NCBI GenBank assembly: GCA_049999805.1
Contig: JBNGIO010006060.1
Span: 1 to 64,000 of the forward strand
Reading direction: 5' to 3'
DNA length: 64,000 nt
From: Folioceros fuciformis
Lineage: Eukaryota
The position numbers and the translations under genes are program-made. Positions within the stretch are counted from its first letter, which is position 1. Every line of letters begins with the position of its first letter. Below the pieces are notes generated by a model. It ran no database searches. It had not been told where the DNA came from and worked only from the letters and a program-made list of their open reading frames with translations. Shown here piece by piece: positions 52,922 to 64,000 of the stretch.

Positions 52922-53815
52922 CTATATGCATCGTAGATCTGGAAAACGCGTTGCAGCTGGCAGCATGCATACCTAGCCATGGAAGCAAGGTCGTGGTTTG
53001 TACAGATATGGAAAAAAGCCAAGTACGCACCTTCAGCAGGCGAAGAAGAAGAGGAAGAAGAAGCTCCCCCGGAAGTAGAAGAAGAATCTCCTCCAGAAGA
53101 AGAAGAGGGAGAAGTATTCCCTTCAGAAGAAGACGAAGAGGAAGAAGAATCTTCTCGAGCCTCATCAGATCCTTCCTCGGAGGTGGTAGGCGGGGCGTCC
53201 GGAGCCGGATCCTCAGCAGGTGGAGGTGCAAGAGCTGGAGCCTGTGGTACAAAACTTACAAGCAGAAGTCAAATGAGCAGCCCGCTGGGATACAAAGAGG
53301 CAGCCAGCTTCGGAACGGGTACTGCTGATGGAGTCTGCCAGGTAGCCAAGGGAGACCGTAGCCCTTACCTCTGCCAGGCTCATCGTTGTAAAAAACACTG
53401 CGACTTCGTCGGGTGTAAGGACGTTACGAAAGTACGTCCGGTATGCTATCTCCATCGGGTCGGGGTGCTCGACCTGAATCCTTGCTCGCTTCTCGGAGGC
53501 TGCCCGGATACGCCACCGAGTGGTGGCGTCATGAACGGCCATTGCAGCATCAGACTGGGCCTGCAGCTCCAGCCGCGTCCGCGAGGATCCTTCTTTCTGA
53601 TCCCGCATCGGAATGAGCAGAGGCGCCGCCGCTTCCTTGCTCTTGACCTCTTGCTTCAGCAAGGGCACTGCGGCGGTGGCGCCCAGTAATTCTGTTGGAC
53701 ATCCACTTGCTCCCAGAAGAGGGTGCGGTTCCCGTGCACGTGGACGTCGTAGAGTTGTTCGGTTGGGTGCATCCTTCCTCTCCATATCCTTCTCCGCCTT
53801 CAGGCTTTTGCCCAT
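52922..53815 (-). CDS. Unknown protein X1 (basic N-terminal exon plus Ser-rich exon), paralog of X2
   Basis: Exon 53815-53369 (149 codons, GTAAGG donor) and exon 53241-53031 (APALAPPP...EDSSSSSSSSEG, phase 1). The terminal exon is uncertain; candidate 52938-52922. Confidence 0.5.
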
Positions 53816-54649
53816 CCTGCAAACAAGCCAAGGTGATGAGCAAGCAGCGTGTCCACAGAGAGCTCGATCTGGCTCATACACAGCTAAGTCAGACCCTACA
53901 CAAGTAACATCCTTGGAACTCACAATGCAAACAGCAGGAGCATGGCAAGCGCCAAGGTTCAGCAAAGATGGAGTGTTCAACACAGAGCTACGGGCCGATT
54001 GCAGATTCGAAGTGCAGAAGGATATGGGGTTGCGAAGGAGGCACTTGCAAACTCCAAGATACCCGTTACCGGAGGTGGCGCTTGAGCTTGGAAAGCACTG
54101 GCGCAGCGAACGCCGTAGCAACTCCCCCTGTGCGGCCGAGCTCCCGTCCCGCCCCGTCCCGTCGCGGAGGTTTCTCCCACCAGCTCTCCCCTCCCTTTCG
54201 TCCCTCTGGGCAGCCCGCGTCCCCTTACGGAAGACAGAGACTGCTCCCCACCCGGGCTTCACCTTCCTTCACCCACATCGCCGGCCGCTAGTCATGTGTT
54301 TGCATTATGCGTATAATAAAAATACTTATATATAAGTAGATGATATAGCTCGTTATATGATCCGTTCAATCTGGGTAACCTAATGAGGAAGTAGGTTAGG
54401 CTAACACATATTAGTTATTTTAATTTTAATATATATTCATGTAAGCATATACTTTGCACATGACTATTGAGTGAAGCACTCGAACTCTCACATCTCTAAT
54501 GGTCAAAATATAATTAAAAATAATTAAAAATTTATAGGTTATTAAGAAAAATAAGAAACCATGGTTTGTGTCTTGACGCAACTACAACTACAAAAACAAT
54601 TGTATGTAATATACTCAACGTACATAGCGTTCTGCATTGTGGGTTATAT

Positions 54650-55350
54650 ATGCCCATGCTACATGGTCTGAGATGATTGGAGATTTGCTCTAGGTCACGT
54701 TATCATTGCACATGGCCAAGTTACATGGTTTGAGAGATTATCGTAGATTGCACGTGGTCATATTAAGTGGTTTGCGATGATCGTAGATTGCACATGGCCA
54801 TGTTACGTAGTCTCCAATGATCGTAGATTGCACATAGCCCTATTATGCATGGTTTGCGAGATTATCGTAGATTGCAGGTGGTCATATTACATGGTGTGCG
54901 ATGATCGTAGATTGCACATGGCCATGTTACGTAGCCTCCAATGATTGTAGATTGCACATAGCCATGTTACGTGGTCTGCGATGGTCGTAGATTGCACATA
55001 GCCATGTTACGTGGTTTGCGATGGTCGTAGATTGCACATAGCCATGTTACGTGGTTTGCGATGATCCTAGATTGCACATAGCCATGTTATGTGGTCTGCG
55101 ATGATCGTTGATTGCACATAGCCATGTTACGTGATTTGCGATGATCGTAGATTGCACATAGCCATGTTACGTGNNNNNNNNNNTTACGTGATTTGCGATG
55201 ATCGTAGATTGCACATAGCCATGTTACGTGGTTTGCAATGTTCGTAGATTGCACCCGGTCATGTTACGTGGTCTGGTCTGCGATGATTGTAGATTGCATG
55301 TGGCCATGTTATGTAGTTTGTGATGATTGTAAATTGTACATAGTCATATT
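54650..55350. repeat. 40-bp minisatellite, about 17 copies visible, with an assembly gap inside
   Basis: Unit GCCATGTTACGTGGTYTGCGATGATCGTAGATTGCACATA. N run at 55174-55183. Confidence 0.95.
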
Positions 55351-57714
55351 TCGACGTCAACTTCCCATACTACCTAATATGTTTGAACGGAGAACGGAGA
55401 TTCATCAAAACCACGTGTCACATAGCTTTGTGGATGTTCAGCGATTAAAGCTGCACATAGCTTATAGGGTTTCAATGTCGAAGTTACGAACAACTCAATT
55501 TCAGGGTTTAGGGCAAGCTGCATATGTTTTGCACTTGACACACTCACAAAAGATGTCCAAAAAGAGATGTACTACTATGCCTATATGTCCTTGCTAGAAC
55601 CACATGCTCTTACATATATGGTGTCCGACAAAGAGGTTTGTACATACACAAGGCCTTGGTCTATACTTCAGTGGTTAAAAATAATATTTATCTGATTAAA
55701 TATTCCATACGGAGCGAGTAAATATCCATTCTGGCAGTGCAACTTGGACAGCAGTGCATATATGTATGTGCAGGCCGGCTCTCTGCTTTGCATCACATCC
55801 GTTTCTTGGACTAGCCCTGGGTCGGCGCCCGGGCTGTTCTGTACCTATGTGGGGAAAATATCTTGCCCCAGTGCATACAGCGGGCAGAGGGCAGAGGGCA
55901 GAGGGCAGCGGGCAGCGGGAATCCAATGAGTCAGTTTTCTTACACGGCTTTCCAGCGTACAATCGACGCAGCTCGAGGAGGGACCCGGGCTGTCAGGAGC
56001 GACACACTGCGGGCCCTGGGGCCCTTAACGTACCGCATGATTATCCTCCTGCCAGGAAGACAGGAGGGGAAAGGGACCATGGCGGGAAGGGACGGCCCAG
56101 CACGGGATGGGATGGGCCTGGGAACTGGCGACATCTGCAAGGCCCAAGAGGCCACGGGTACTGGGAGCCCTCCACGCGACGCAGCAGCAGCTGCTCAACA
56201 GCGTAATGCAGTAAACCACCCCTCAACGCTTCCTGCACATCCTGGGATTCCAGGGGGGTTTGTTCACTCTACCAAGCCACCGTCCGTCCCGTTCCAGGGT
56301 TCCGGCTCTGCACTGGCTACCGGCCTCGGGACAGGCGCACGAAGCCGCACCCGCACCTGGTAAGTGGCGTTTTCAGACTCTTCCATGCAGACGGGAGTGC
56401 CCACAGTCTTCAGCGTTCAAGCCATCTCCGAATTCCAGCCATCTCACACCACTTGGCACGATCTCAACGAACGCAACCATGCGAACACATCTCGGCTGGC
56501 GATGCGAGCTCACATCCGGATGTGCAGTATGAACAGTACATACTGTTACCAAGGTTTTCAACTGTGGGAGGATGTCGGCGAGGAATCAAGCGACGTCGCC
56601 TGAAAACCGTTGTCCGGCTCCCGCGTGAGAGTACCATTAATTACGCACGTGAGTGAGGCCATCACTTCCCACACCCGCTTAACTTTTGAAAGGAGAGTGA
56701 GTGGCTGTAAACAGAGCCCCGCGCTGCTGGGACCTGTACACCGGTTAAAGAGCCGGGCCTGGCTGGGGCCAGCACGGACACCCGCACCGCTCAAATCTCG
56801 CTGTACTTTCTGGCCTGGAGCCCCGCTCGAGTTGAGGAATGGATGAGCTTGAAGGCGGGCCAGGAGCCCCGCATTGTACTTCTTTGCAGTTGGAGTTGGA
56901 CCCGGGCAAAAGCTACATCAGGGCAAGCTCTGCGATGCCGTCTTCTGTCCCGACATCGGCCCCTGTCAGCGGTCTGGTGCTCTGGTAGACATAAGCAGCG
57001 GCCTTCACTTCCAACTCGCAACTTGCCACGGCACGTCAGGAGTATTGTACTTTCTGCCGAGGTGCGAGATGACCCACCGTGCCCCTCACTCTTGGGGATA
57101 GACTGGCTGAGTTTACCCGACGCGTGTCCCTGAGTCCAGGTCATAAATTACACCTGTGTGGAATCTGTCGGGCTGCAGCGGCCAGGGGTCAGGGGCATGG
57201 CCGTATGGAGGGTCGACCGCGCTGAGCTTTCATTAATTTGCTCTGATTCTTAAGACAGTCTCGCAGTGTGGACGATGTACGTCATTCGGGCTGCAAGTGG
57301 AACTGCGAAGTCATGTTGCCGGTTTACCCAGCTAGCGGGTGCTTATTGCTGTGAAGAGTTCCTGGAAGAGTGGGAGCTCGACTGTGGAAGAGGGGGACGC
57401 AAGGATACTGTGCATTACATTAGCTAGAGTCATCAAAAAACGAAGTTTGATTGAGCGCTGTCAACCCGCACCAGCACTTGTAAGTCATGCCTTAAACAAA
57501 CACTAGTTTTGCAAAATCGCGAGCCGTTCGTTCCTTGTTCCAGCTCGGGGACCCGAGACTGGAATTGCACACTCCACATTACTGCCTAAAGCGAGCCTGC
57601 GTGCGGGAGGGAGACACAGGGATCATGATTAGAGATATACAACAATCCAGCATACACCCCTTCAGACAGAGGCCGCAGACAGTGGAGCCACTCATACCAA
57701 GCTCACAAATACAA

Positions 57715-58589
57715 TCAGCCACTGGATCCACCTAAACGTCTTCAAAAAAGTTTCCAAGCTTATCATCACGACCACATGGCCTTGAAAGCGTGCAGCATCA
57801 ACCATACCAGTTAGCCATGGAAGCAAGCTCAGGGATGGACCAGTCATGGAAACAGCCTAAAGAACGAACCTTCAGAAGAAGACGAAGAGGAGCTTTCCTG
57901 TCCTCGTCTAGGTTCATGAGAGCCTCCCTGATTGGTCGTGGCCAGGGTGGTCGGGGCCGGAAGTTGACGGTGAGGACGGGGACGAGCCGGATCCTGCACA
58001 ACAACAGAGGAAATGGAGAAATCAGTGCCGTGTCGAAGAAGCGGCCAGCCACAGTACCGGTACTGGTACTGCTGGTGCTGTCCGGAAACTAGCCAGGTAG
58101 CCTTACCTGTGCTGCATCATTTTGGGACTCGCCCAACCTCCGTAGAAAAACCCAGGCAACACTGGCGTGGACGGCATTACTCGTCTGGTATTCAGGAATC
58201 CCGTTGGAGTGCACTGACGTGGTGTGGTCCCCGGCCTGAAGGAGCAGCCTAGCGCGCCTGGAATTGCTAGCCCAATTTCTCCAAAAAGATTCCATCTCAT
58301 CAACGTCTGTTGGCTCATAAGCCACGACCTCCAGCTGCGGGGCCCGGGGCTGGGGCTGGGGCTGGGACTGGGGCTGGGACTGGGACTGGGACTGGGGCTG
58401 CGGCTGCGGCTGCGACGGCACCGGTACCGGCACCGGTACCGGTGCTTCCGCCTGCTGCTGAATGATCAGACTCAGAACTCTTGTCGTTACCTCTTCAAGT
58501 GACAGGGCCTCCGCGACGTGATCCACTGGACTCTGTGGGGACGGCGGGGGAGCCACAGGAGGATGGCTACGGCGTGGTCGTCGTGCCAT
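57715..58589 (-). CDS. Unknown protein X2 (Pro/Gln-rich, Ser-rich), paralog of X1
   Basis: Exon 58589-58107 (161 codons, GTAAGG donor), exon 57993-57870 (DPARP...GQESSSSSSSE, phase 1) and candidate terminal exon 57731-57715. Intron phases match X1, and flanking DNA about 56000-59000 is homologous to about 51150-54200. Confidence 0.5.
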
Positions 58590-60062
58590 CGCTGTTACGT
58601 AGCCTGAGAAACAGGCCGAGGTCAAGAGCTTTACAACACTACCGATCGAGCTCGATCCTGTGCAAACACAAAATACAGACTCTACACAGCATGCTCACTC
58701 GTGCATAACATCCTTGGAACTGGCACTACAAGCAGCAAGATGGCATGTATCAGCGCTCAGCAAGTTTGAAGTAAGAGGAATGTGCAAAGGAGAGGCCATA
58801 TTCAAAGGCGCGTGCAGGTGAAGCTGGGTAAGAAGCTGCAGGGCGCTGGCAAACAGCAAGCCACCCTTCACCTGCAGTTGGTGGCGCTTGCAAGCAAAAG
58901 CAAAATCCAGGGACTCGGTAGCAGCGCCCTCTGCACGCTCCAGCTGCCTCCGCGAACTTGTGTCGTGTCTTCGTTCGCTCCCGGTAACAGCCCTCCTGTT
59001 ATCGAATACCTCTCCCGTCCTCTCAGTCTCTGGACAACCCTGAGAAGTTTTCAGAGAGTTTTCTTTTTCTACGCAAAACTTAATTTATGTGCGTTATGTC
59101 AACGATATCTGGCTTACATCAAGCACACCTATATTTCTAATGTAGTATAAGGCGATTTTATTTGCCTTTAAATACCCATGCTTTCATTAGTTTTCCAAGG
59201 TTGTTTTTTTCTTTAAAAATTAAGTGCTTACGAGATCCATGACATTAAGAGCTAGTAGGCTCTAGAAACTAAGTAGATAGGTTTTTCAATCTCTTTTGCA
59301 GTAAAGTATGTATTCAATTAAATTTAATACCAATTATTAGAACAAATATACTTCAGAAAAACAAGCTTATGCATAAAGTAAGTTTATGTAAAAACAGTAC
59401 ATATGTCCAATTAATATAACCACAATGAATTCATATCAAAATATTTATAAGTAATGAGATAATTAAACACATAACAAGAATAACTTATGGTGTTAGAAGT
59501 ATATATACTTAGATTTATCTTATTTATTATATATTATCTTATATTTGATATTATCTTATATTTGTAATTATTATATATTTCTTGTAAGTGTTTGCTTGGG
59601 TTATGTTAGGTCGGGATGGATGTAGTGGAGTGGTATTTTATTGATTAGTAATTTTCAAATACATAAACTTGATCATTAAATAGTAACATAACTCAATACA
59701 AGTAGCTAATGTTGTTATAAATTGGCAGACCAAGCAAATGGGTTATGGGTTATATTTTGGAAGCCAATGATTGCCCCTTTCATAGGACTTAAGTTGAAGA
59801 ATGCATGAATAAATAAGAAAATCTTATAGATATTTGAGTTATATGATTAATAGAAAACTATGAAATAAGTCACAATCATTACAATCCAAGAGTTTGAACT
59901 CAAGATCCTTGCTATGCTGCATAAGTTTCAACCATCATATCAATCGCAACACTTAAAGTATGTAAAAATTATAAATATATGGAATGTATAAAGTATTTCA
60001 AATGTGAATGGGAACTAGCACAAGAACAAAGAGAGTTTAATTAGTAGGATGCCAAAGAGAGT

Positions 60063-63000
60063 TTAGTTAGCAGGATGCCAATATCTGCTCTTCTTTGCAG
60101 CCCATTCAGGGAGATCGATTGATGTAGCTGGATGTTTCTTCCTCCCAAGAATTTCGGTTGCCTCACTCTTTTTGGAAAGACTTGCAATACATGTTCCATG
60201 GAAGCTTGCAATCAAATTTGCACGAGGGTCATCACTACCTCCAAGTTTCAATACCTTTGTAGATAGAGGTTGCGCTCCTGTTAACTGTAATGTCATAACC
60301 TGGGGCAAATTAAGCTGTCTATGCAGAGCAGTTTCGAAAGCATTTGCAGCAATGGCCAGTGTCAAAGTTGGGTCGAATTCTCCAGCAACAAGTTGCCGAT
60401 TGTGTGCAATAGTCAACTCATAATTAGTAATCTGCCCCTCTTGCCTTGAAGCTCTCTCTTGAACACTTGTTCCCAGTTCTTTTCCCTTATCAGTGTGCCT
60501 CCTATGTCCTCCTCCTGTGAGAGGAAAGAAAGTTGGATGAGAGATTCATAGAATAACTACAATCAATACAGAAGATTGATGTCAACAAGCAAATATTACC
60601 TGGACGACTCTGGACGATTGCCTTATTTGCAGCTTTTGTCAGACGAGTTGGTGTCGGCCTTTGTTCTTGTTCTTGACGATGTAAAGCTAGTCATTTCAAT
60701 TTCCAAATGAAGAAAACAAGTTTATCAGAATGGATAGTTCCTTCCCCAACCCACATCTTCACATGGGCAATTCAAAAGCAATGTGTTTGAATGACCCACC
60801 ATGAAAGTTCAATTTCGATTCACTCTGGATGGAAGCAATATTGTATTCTTTGATGTCATAATTGGTGATGGCATCGGCTCCACTGACTTCAACAGATACT
60901 ATGTCGTATGCTCTTCAATCATAGTTCAGTGTAAGTTCAGGAAACTAGAAATTGGAAAGAGGCTCTTCAATCATAGTCTAGTGTAAGTTCAAGAAACTAG
61001 AAATTGGAAAGAGGCTCTTCAATCATAGTTCGGTGTAAGTTCAGGAAACTAGAAATTGGAAAGGGGCTCTTCAATCATAGTTTAGTGTAAGTTCAAGAAA
61101 CTAGAAATTGGAAAGAGGCTCTTCAATCATAGTTCGGTGTAAGTTCAGGAAACTAGAAATTGGAAAGGGGCTCTTCAATCATAGTTCAGTGTAAGTTCAA
61201 GAAACTAGAAATTGGAAAGAGGCTCTTCAATCATAGTTCAGTGTAAGTTCAAGAAACTAGAAATTGGAAAGAGGAACTTACGAAGATCAACATACACAAT
61301 TTATTAGCATAACAACATACTGTAAACCTACTCAAATGACCATGACAGACATATTGGGCAGCTCCTTCAATCATAGTTCACTGTAAGTTCAGGAAACTAG
61401 AAATTGGGAAGAGGAACTGACGAAGATAAACATACACAATTTATTAGCATAGCAACATACTGGAAAACCTACTCAAATGACCATGACAGACATACCGGGC
61501 AGCCTCTTCTTCAGTATCATGGAAGCCTCGATTCAGAGTGCCATCCCTAGAAATAAAACATAAAAACGATAAATAATAGTATTATTTATAAAATGATCAA
61601 AGAAGAACAGTGAAGTTAGAAGACTTCATGTTCTTACTTTTTGGCAACAGGATTCTGGATCTTATACTCAGCCTTCCACTTGTTTCTGAATGCATCGAAT
61701 CTTGTGCCAAAAAATTGTGAAGCCAAACAACGTCTTGCCATGCATCGAGACCATTCCAGAAATTGGTCTTTGCTCATTAGCTCCATCTTAAGGACATGGA
61801 ATATAGATGATAAGTCACTAGTGATAACAAATGTCTTCAAAACTTTGAGCTTGAACACACATGATGTGTAGGTTCAAGGGGAGTGTCAAGCTAAACCTTA
61901 TCCTCAATAACAAAATCTAGAAAGCTACAGCAAACCTCTTTGATGCAATCGTTGTAGGAGCATGAGTTGAAATTTATGGGAGCTTCGGGTCCTCGGAATT
62001 TCAGAGATCCTCTGTCGTAATGTCTGCATATTTTCAAGTAATAATTTCTATTTTAGTAACCACCACCAAAAACAAAAGGTGTACTTACTTGAACTAGTTC
62101 TCACCTTGCAGCTTCCAGCTCGCTGTAACATGAACCTGTACAGTGCATTCCAAACAAGTGTCAAAAGCAGCAGGTAATGAAAGACTGAAGATAGATGGTG
62201 CGAAAGTACTATCTGCGTATACAGTGAGGCAAGAAAGCTTACCAAGATATTGTTGTTTTCCATTTTGCTTTTTCGGTGTCTCCCTAAAAAATCACAAGAA
62301 AACAGAAAAAGACAAAGGTCACTTCAGCGCTTCCCTGTTACAACTTCAGCTATATGCAGGGCCCCTGACAAACCATGAATTGGTGACAAGCGTGAAGGTA
62401 GCCTTTAGCTCACGTACCATATGTGTGCCTCCCATCTGTTGGTGCGACGGTAGAAATTGACGCCCTGAAATTGTGACTTACGGGATTCCATCTTCCTGGA
62501 CTTGGGTTGCATGTCTTTTGGTGGGCAGCATTGCCCTTGAGCAAGTGCCACCTGGTTGTCTTGCAGCCAGGTTCTCTCCATGATGGCGTACCTTAAGTAA
62601 AACGACAGAGGTCCTGTCCTCTCCGCTGCTGCTAGTGTCGTCCCCGGCAGGCCGTTGAAAAGGTCAGCCGGAAGCCTGTCCCATGAAGACTGATCATTTC
62701 CGCCAGGGCTCTCCAGTGAAGTAGCGGCCACGGGAGGCGCGTTGAGGTCGACAATTGGCGTGATCACCTCAGGGGACAGATCACGCCGAGGTGGAGACCG
62801 ATCATAGGTTTCTGGAGCAGCTGCCGGTGCCACCTCCTGGTCCACATACCGAGCCTGAAAAGCACACAGTACAAGCATGTGAAGAAACTGCATCCATGCG
62901 CGCATATGACAATCTGCATCCTTGCGTACAGTTGCACTCTGCCGAACTTTGATCAAACAGCGCAAAACCAGGAAGTATTGAGGGATCGCTTGCCAGATCG

Positions 63001-63732
63001 TGAAATTGAGGAAAACGAGTAATTGACAAACAACAAAATGACAGTCACATTGCACACTGGATCATTATGTCGACGCGATGCCCTGAAGTGCAGCTACTTG
63101 ACGTGCACAACCCCATGAGTTCCACGACAGAGTATGTCATATACCTGAATTCTACATGCAGCTATATAATACAAAGGTGCACAAGCTTGAGAAGAGTGGT
63201 GATACACTCACATTTGAAGATGAAGAGCTTTCTTGGTGTTGTCCAACGTCAGGCCCTGTGGACGAGCTTGGAGCCTACAGACATCGTCGAGGAGCATAAG
63301 AACATCGCAACTGCATCGAGATGCATCGCATCGGGCACCCAGGCAGACAATTCAAGCTTGACGACGCACACACATTCATACAAGTCTTCTATCACCGGGG
63401 TGGAGAACAAGACTGGGCTATGGAGACATTTAGGAATTCCGTCCCAGAAAGTTCGAGATGCATCTTGGCTCACGTACCGGTGGCTTGTTCAGGTCGATTG
63501 CTCTCATGGGCTGGTTCCCCTCGAATCCAGCAGAGTATCCGGACTCGGACAATGAAGCATATGCAGACGAAGCTCTCCTTCTTGGTATTCGCGAAGTTGA
63601 GCGCACCCGATGGTGAGCCCATCGAGTTGGACTCCATACTTTCCCACGGCCATCTGCATGGTTGGGAATAGCACTCGCGTGAAGATGAATGGGTGCTAAT
63701 GCGGTTGTAGGCCTGTCCTTGGCGGCGCCCGC
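60063..63732 (-). CDS. Divergent double-AP2 (euAP2-like) transcription factor, copy 2 (5' end outside the window)
   Basis: Exons 62854-62418, 62283-62243, 62135-62105, 62023-61936, 61786-61638, 61546-61496, 60912-60800, 60686-60600 and 60514-60063 are all in frame. R1 is [49 protein letters not shown]; R2 includes GFHDTEEEAARAYDIVSVEVSG. DLNxPP motifs lie upstream. AP2-region exon sizes equal those of copy 1 (41, 31, 88, 149, 51, 113 nt). Confidence 0.85.
60910..61500. repeat. Intronic 52-bp tandem repeat (7 copies) plus a duplication of about 139 bp covering the whole original intron
   Basis: GCTCTTCAATCATAGTTCAGTGTAAGTTCAGGAAACTAGAAATTGGAAAGAG starts at 60910, 60962, 61014, 61066, 61118, 61170 and 61222. 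61222-61360 matches 61361-61500. Confidence 0.95.
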
Positions 63733-64000
63733 CTGCACAAGGTCTCAGAAAATCAATCGTGGTGCTGCGCTCAGATTGGAGTGGAACTGAAACTGACCAG
63801 GCTTAAAAATAGCTCAGGCGTGAAAGCACGCATTACTTTAGGCTAAGCAGAAAAAGCAGTCATGAATAGCAACTTCCTTCAATTTCCCGTCATGACAGAT
63901 CGAAGAAAAAGCATGGTCATGACGTTAGCCATTTCACGACAGACATGTCCGAGCTTTCGCGAATAGACAGATCAGACGTGTGCTGCAAATACCCAAATCA

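Noticed and set aside
52979-53689. Plus-strand 236-aa poly-Glu ORF
   Set aside because: It is the antisense of the Ser-rich X1 exon. Splice signals and the paralog X2 support the minus strand.
54650-55350. CRISPR-like appearance of the 40-bp array (also the 38-bp and 52-bp arrays)
   Set aside because: Units are head-to-tail with no unique spacers, there are no cas genes, and the context is eukaryotic and intron-containing.
63696-63698. Apparent premature TAG in an upstream exon of AP2 copy 2
   Set aside because: It lies in an alternative frame. The phase-0 frame (AGAAKD...IDLNKPP) is open and compatible with the following exons, so pseudogene status cannot be claimed from it.

Overview
Eukaryotic nuclear DNA from a land plant. 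Short GT-AG introns, very tight gene spacing and several decayed PLS-type PPR genes suggest a compact non-seed plant genome such as a lycophyte or hornwort (inference only). 1-11 kb is a transposon nest: the 3' half of a Ty1/copia element, a decayed ORF that is probably retroelement-derived, minisatellites, a Mutator-like transposase relic, and a DNA-level copy of the 5' end of the nearby RPL10A gene. 11-43 kb is a dense block of conserved genes: SufE-BolA, RPL10A/uL1, an ER-type LEA_4 protein, a class III peroxidase pseudogene, sirtuin SRT2, an F-box/SNF2/CW/RING helicase and a BEACH-WD40 protein, with two PPR relics between them. 44-64 kb is the most unusual part: four co-oriented minus-strand genes. 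Two are highly diverged double-AP2 transcription-factor genes that I rebuilt from micro-exons mostly absent from the ORF track. One carries about 16 histone-H1-like SPKK-type repeats; the other has its splice acceptor amplified 7-8 times. Between them sit two paralogous unknown genes that may be AP2-less derivatives of the same family. All gene models were built by eye; no database searches were run.
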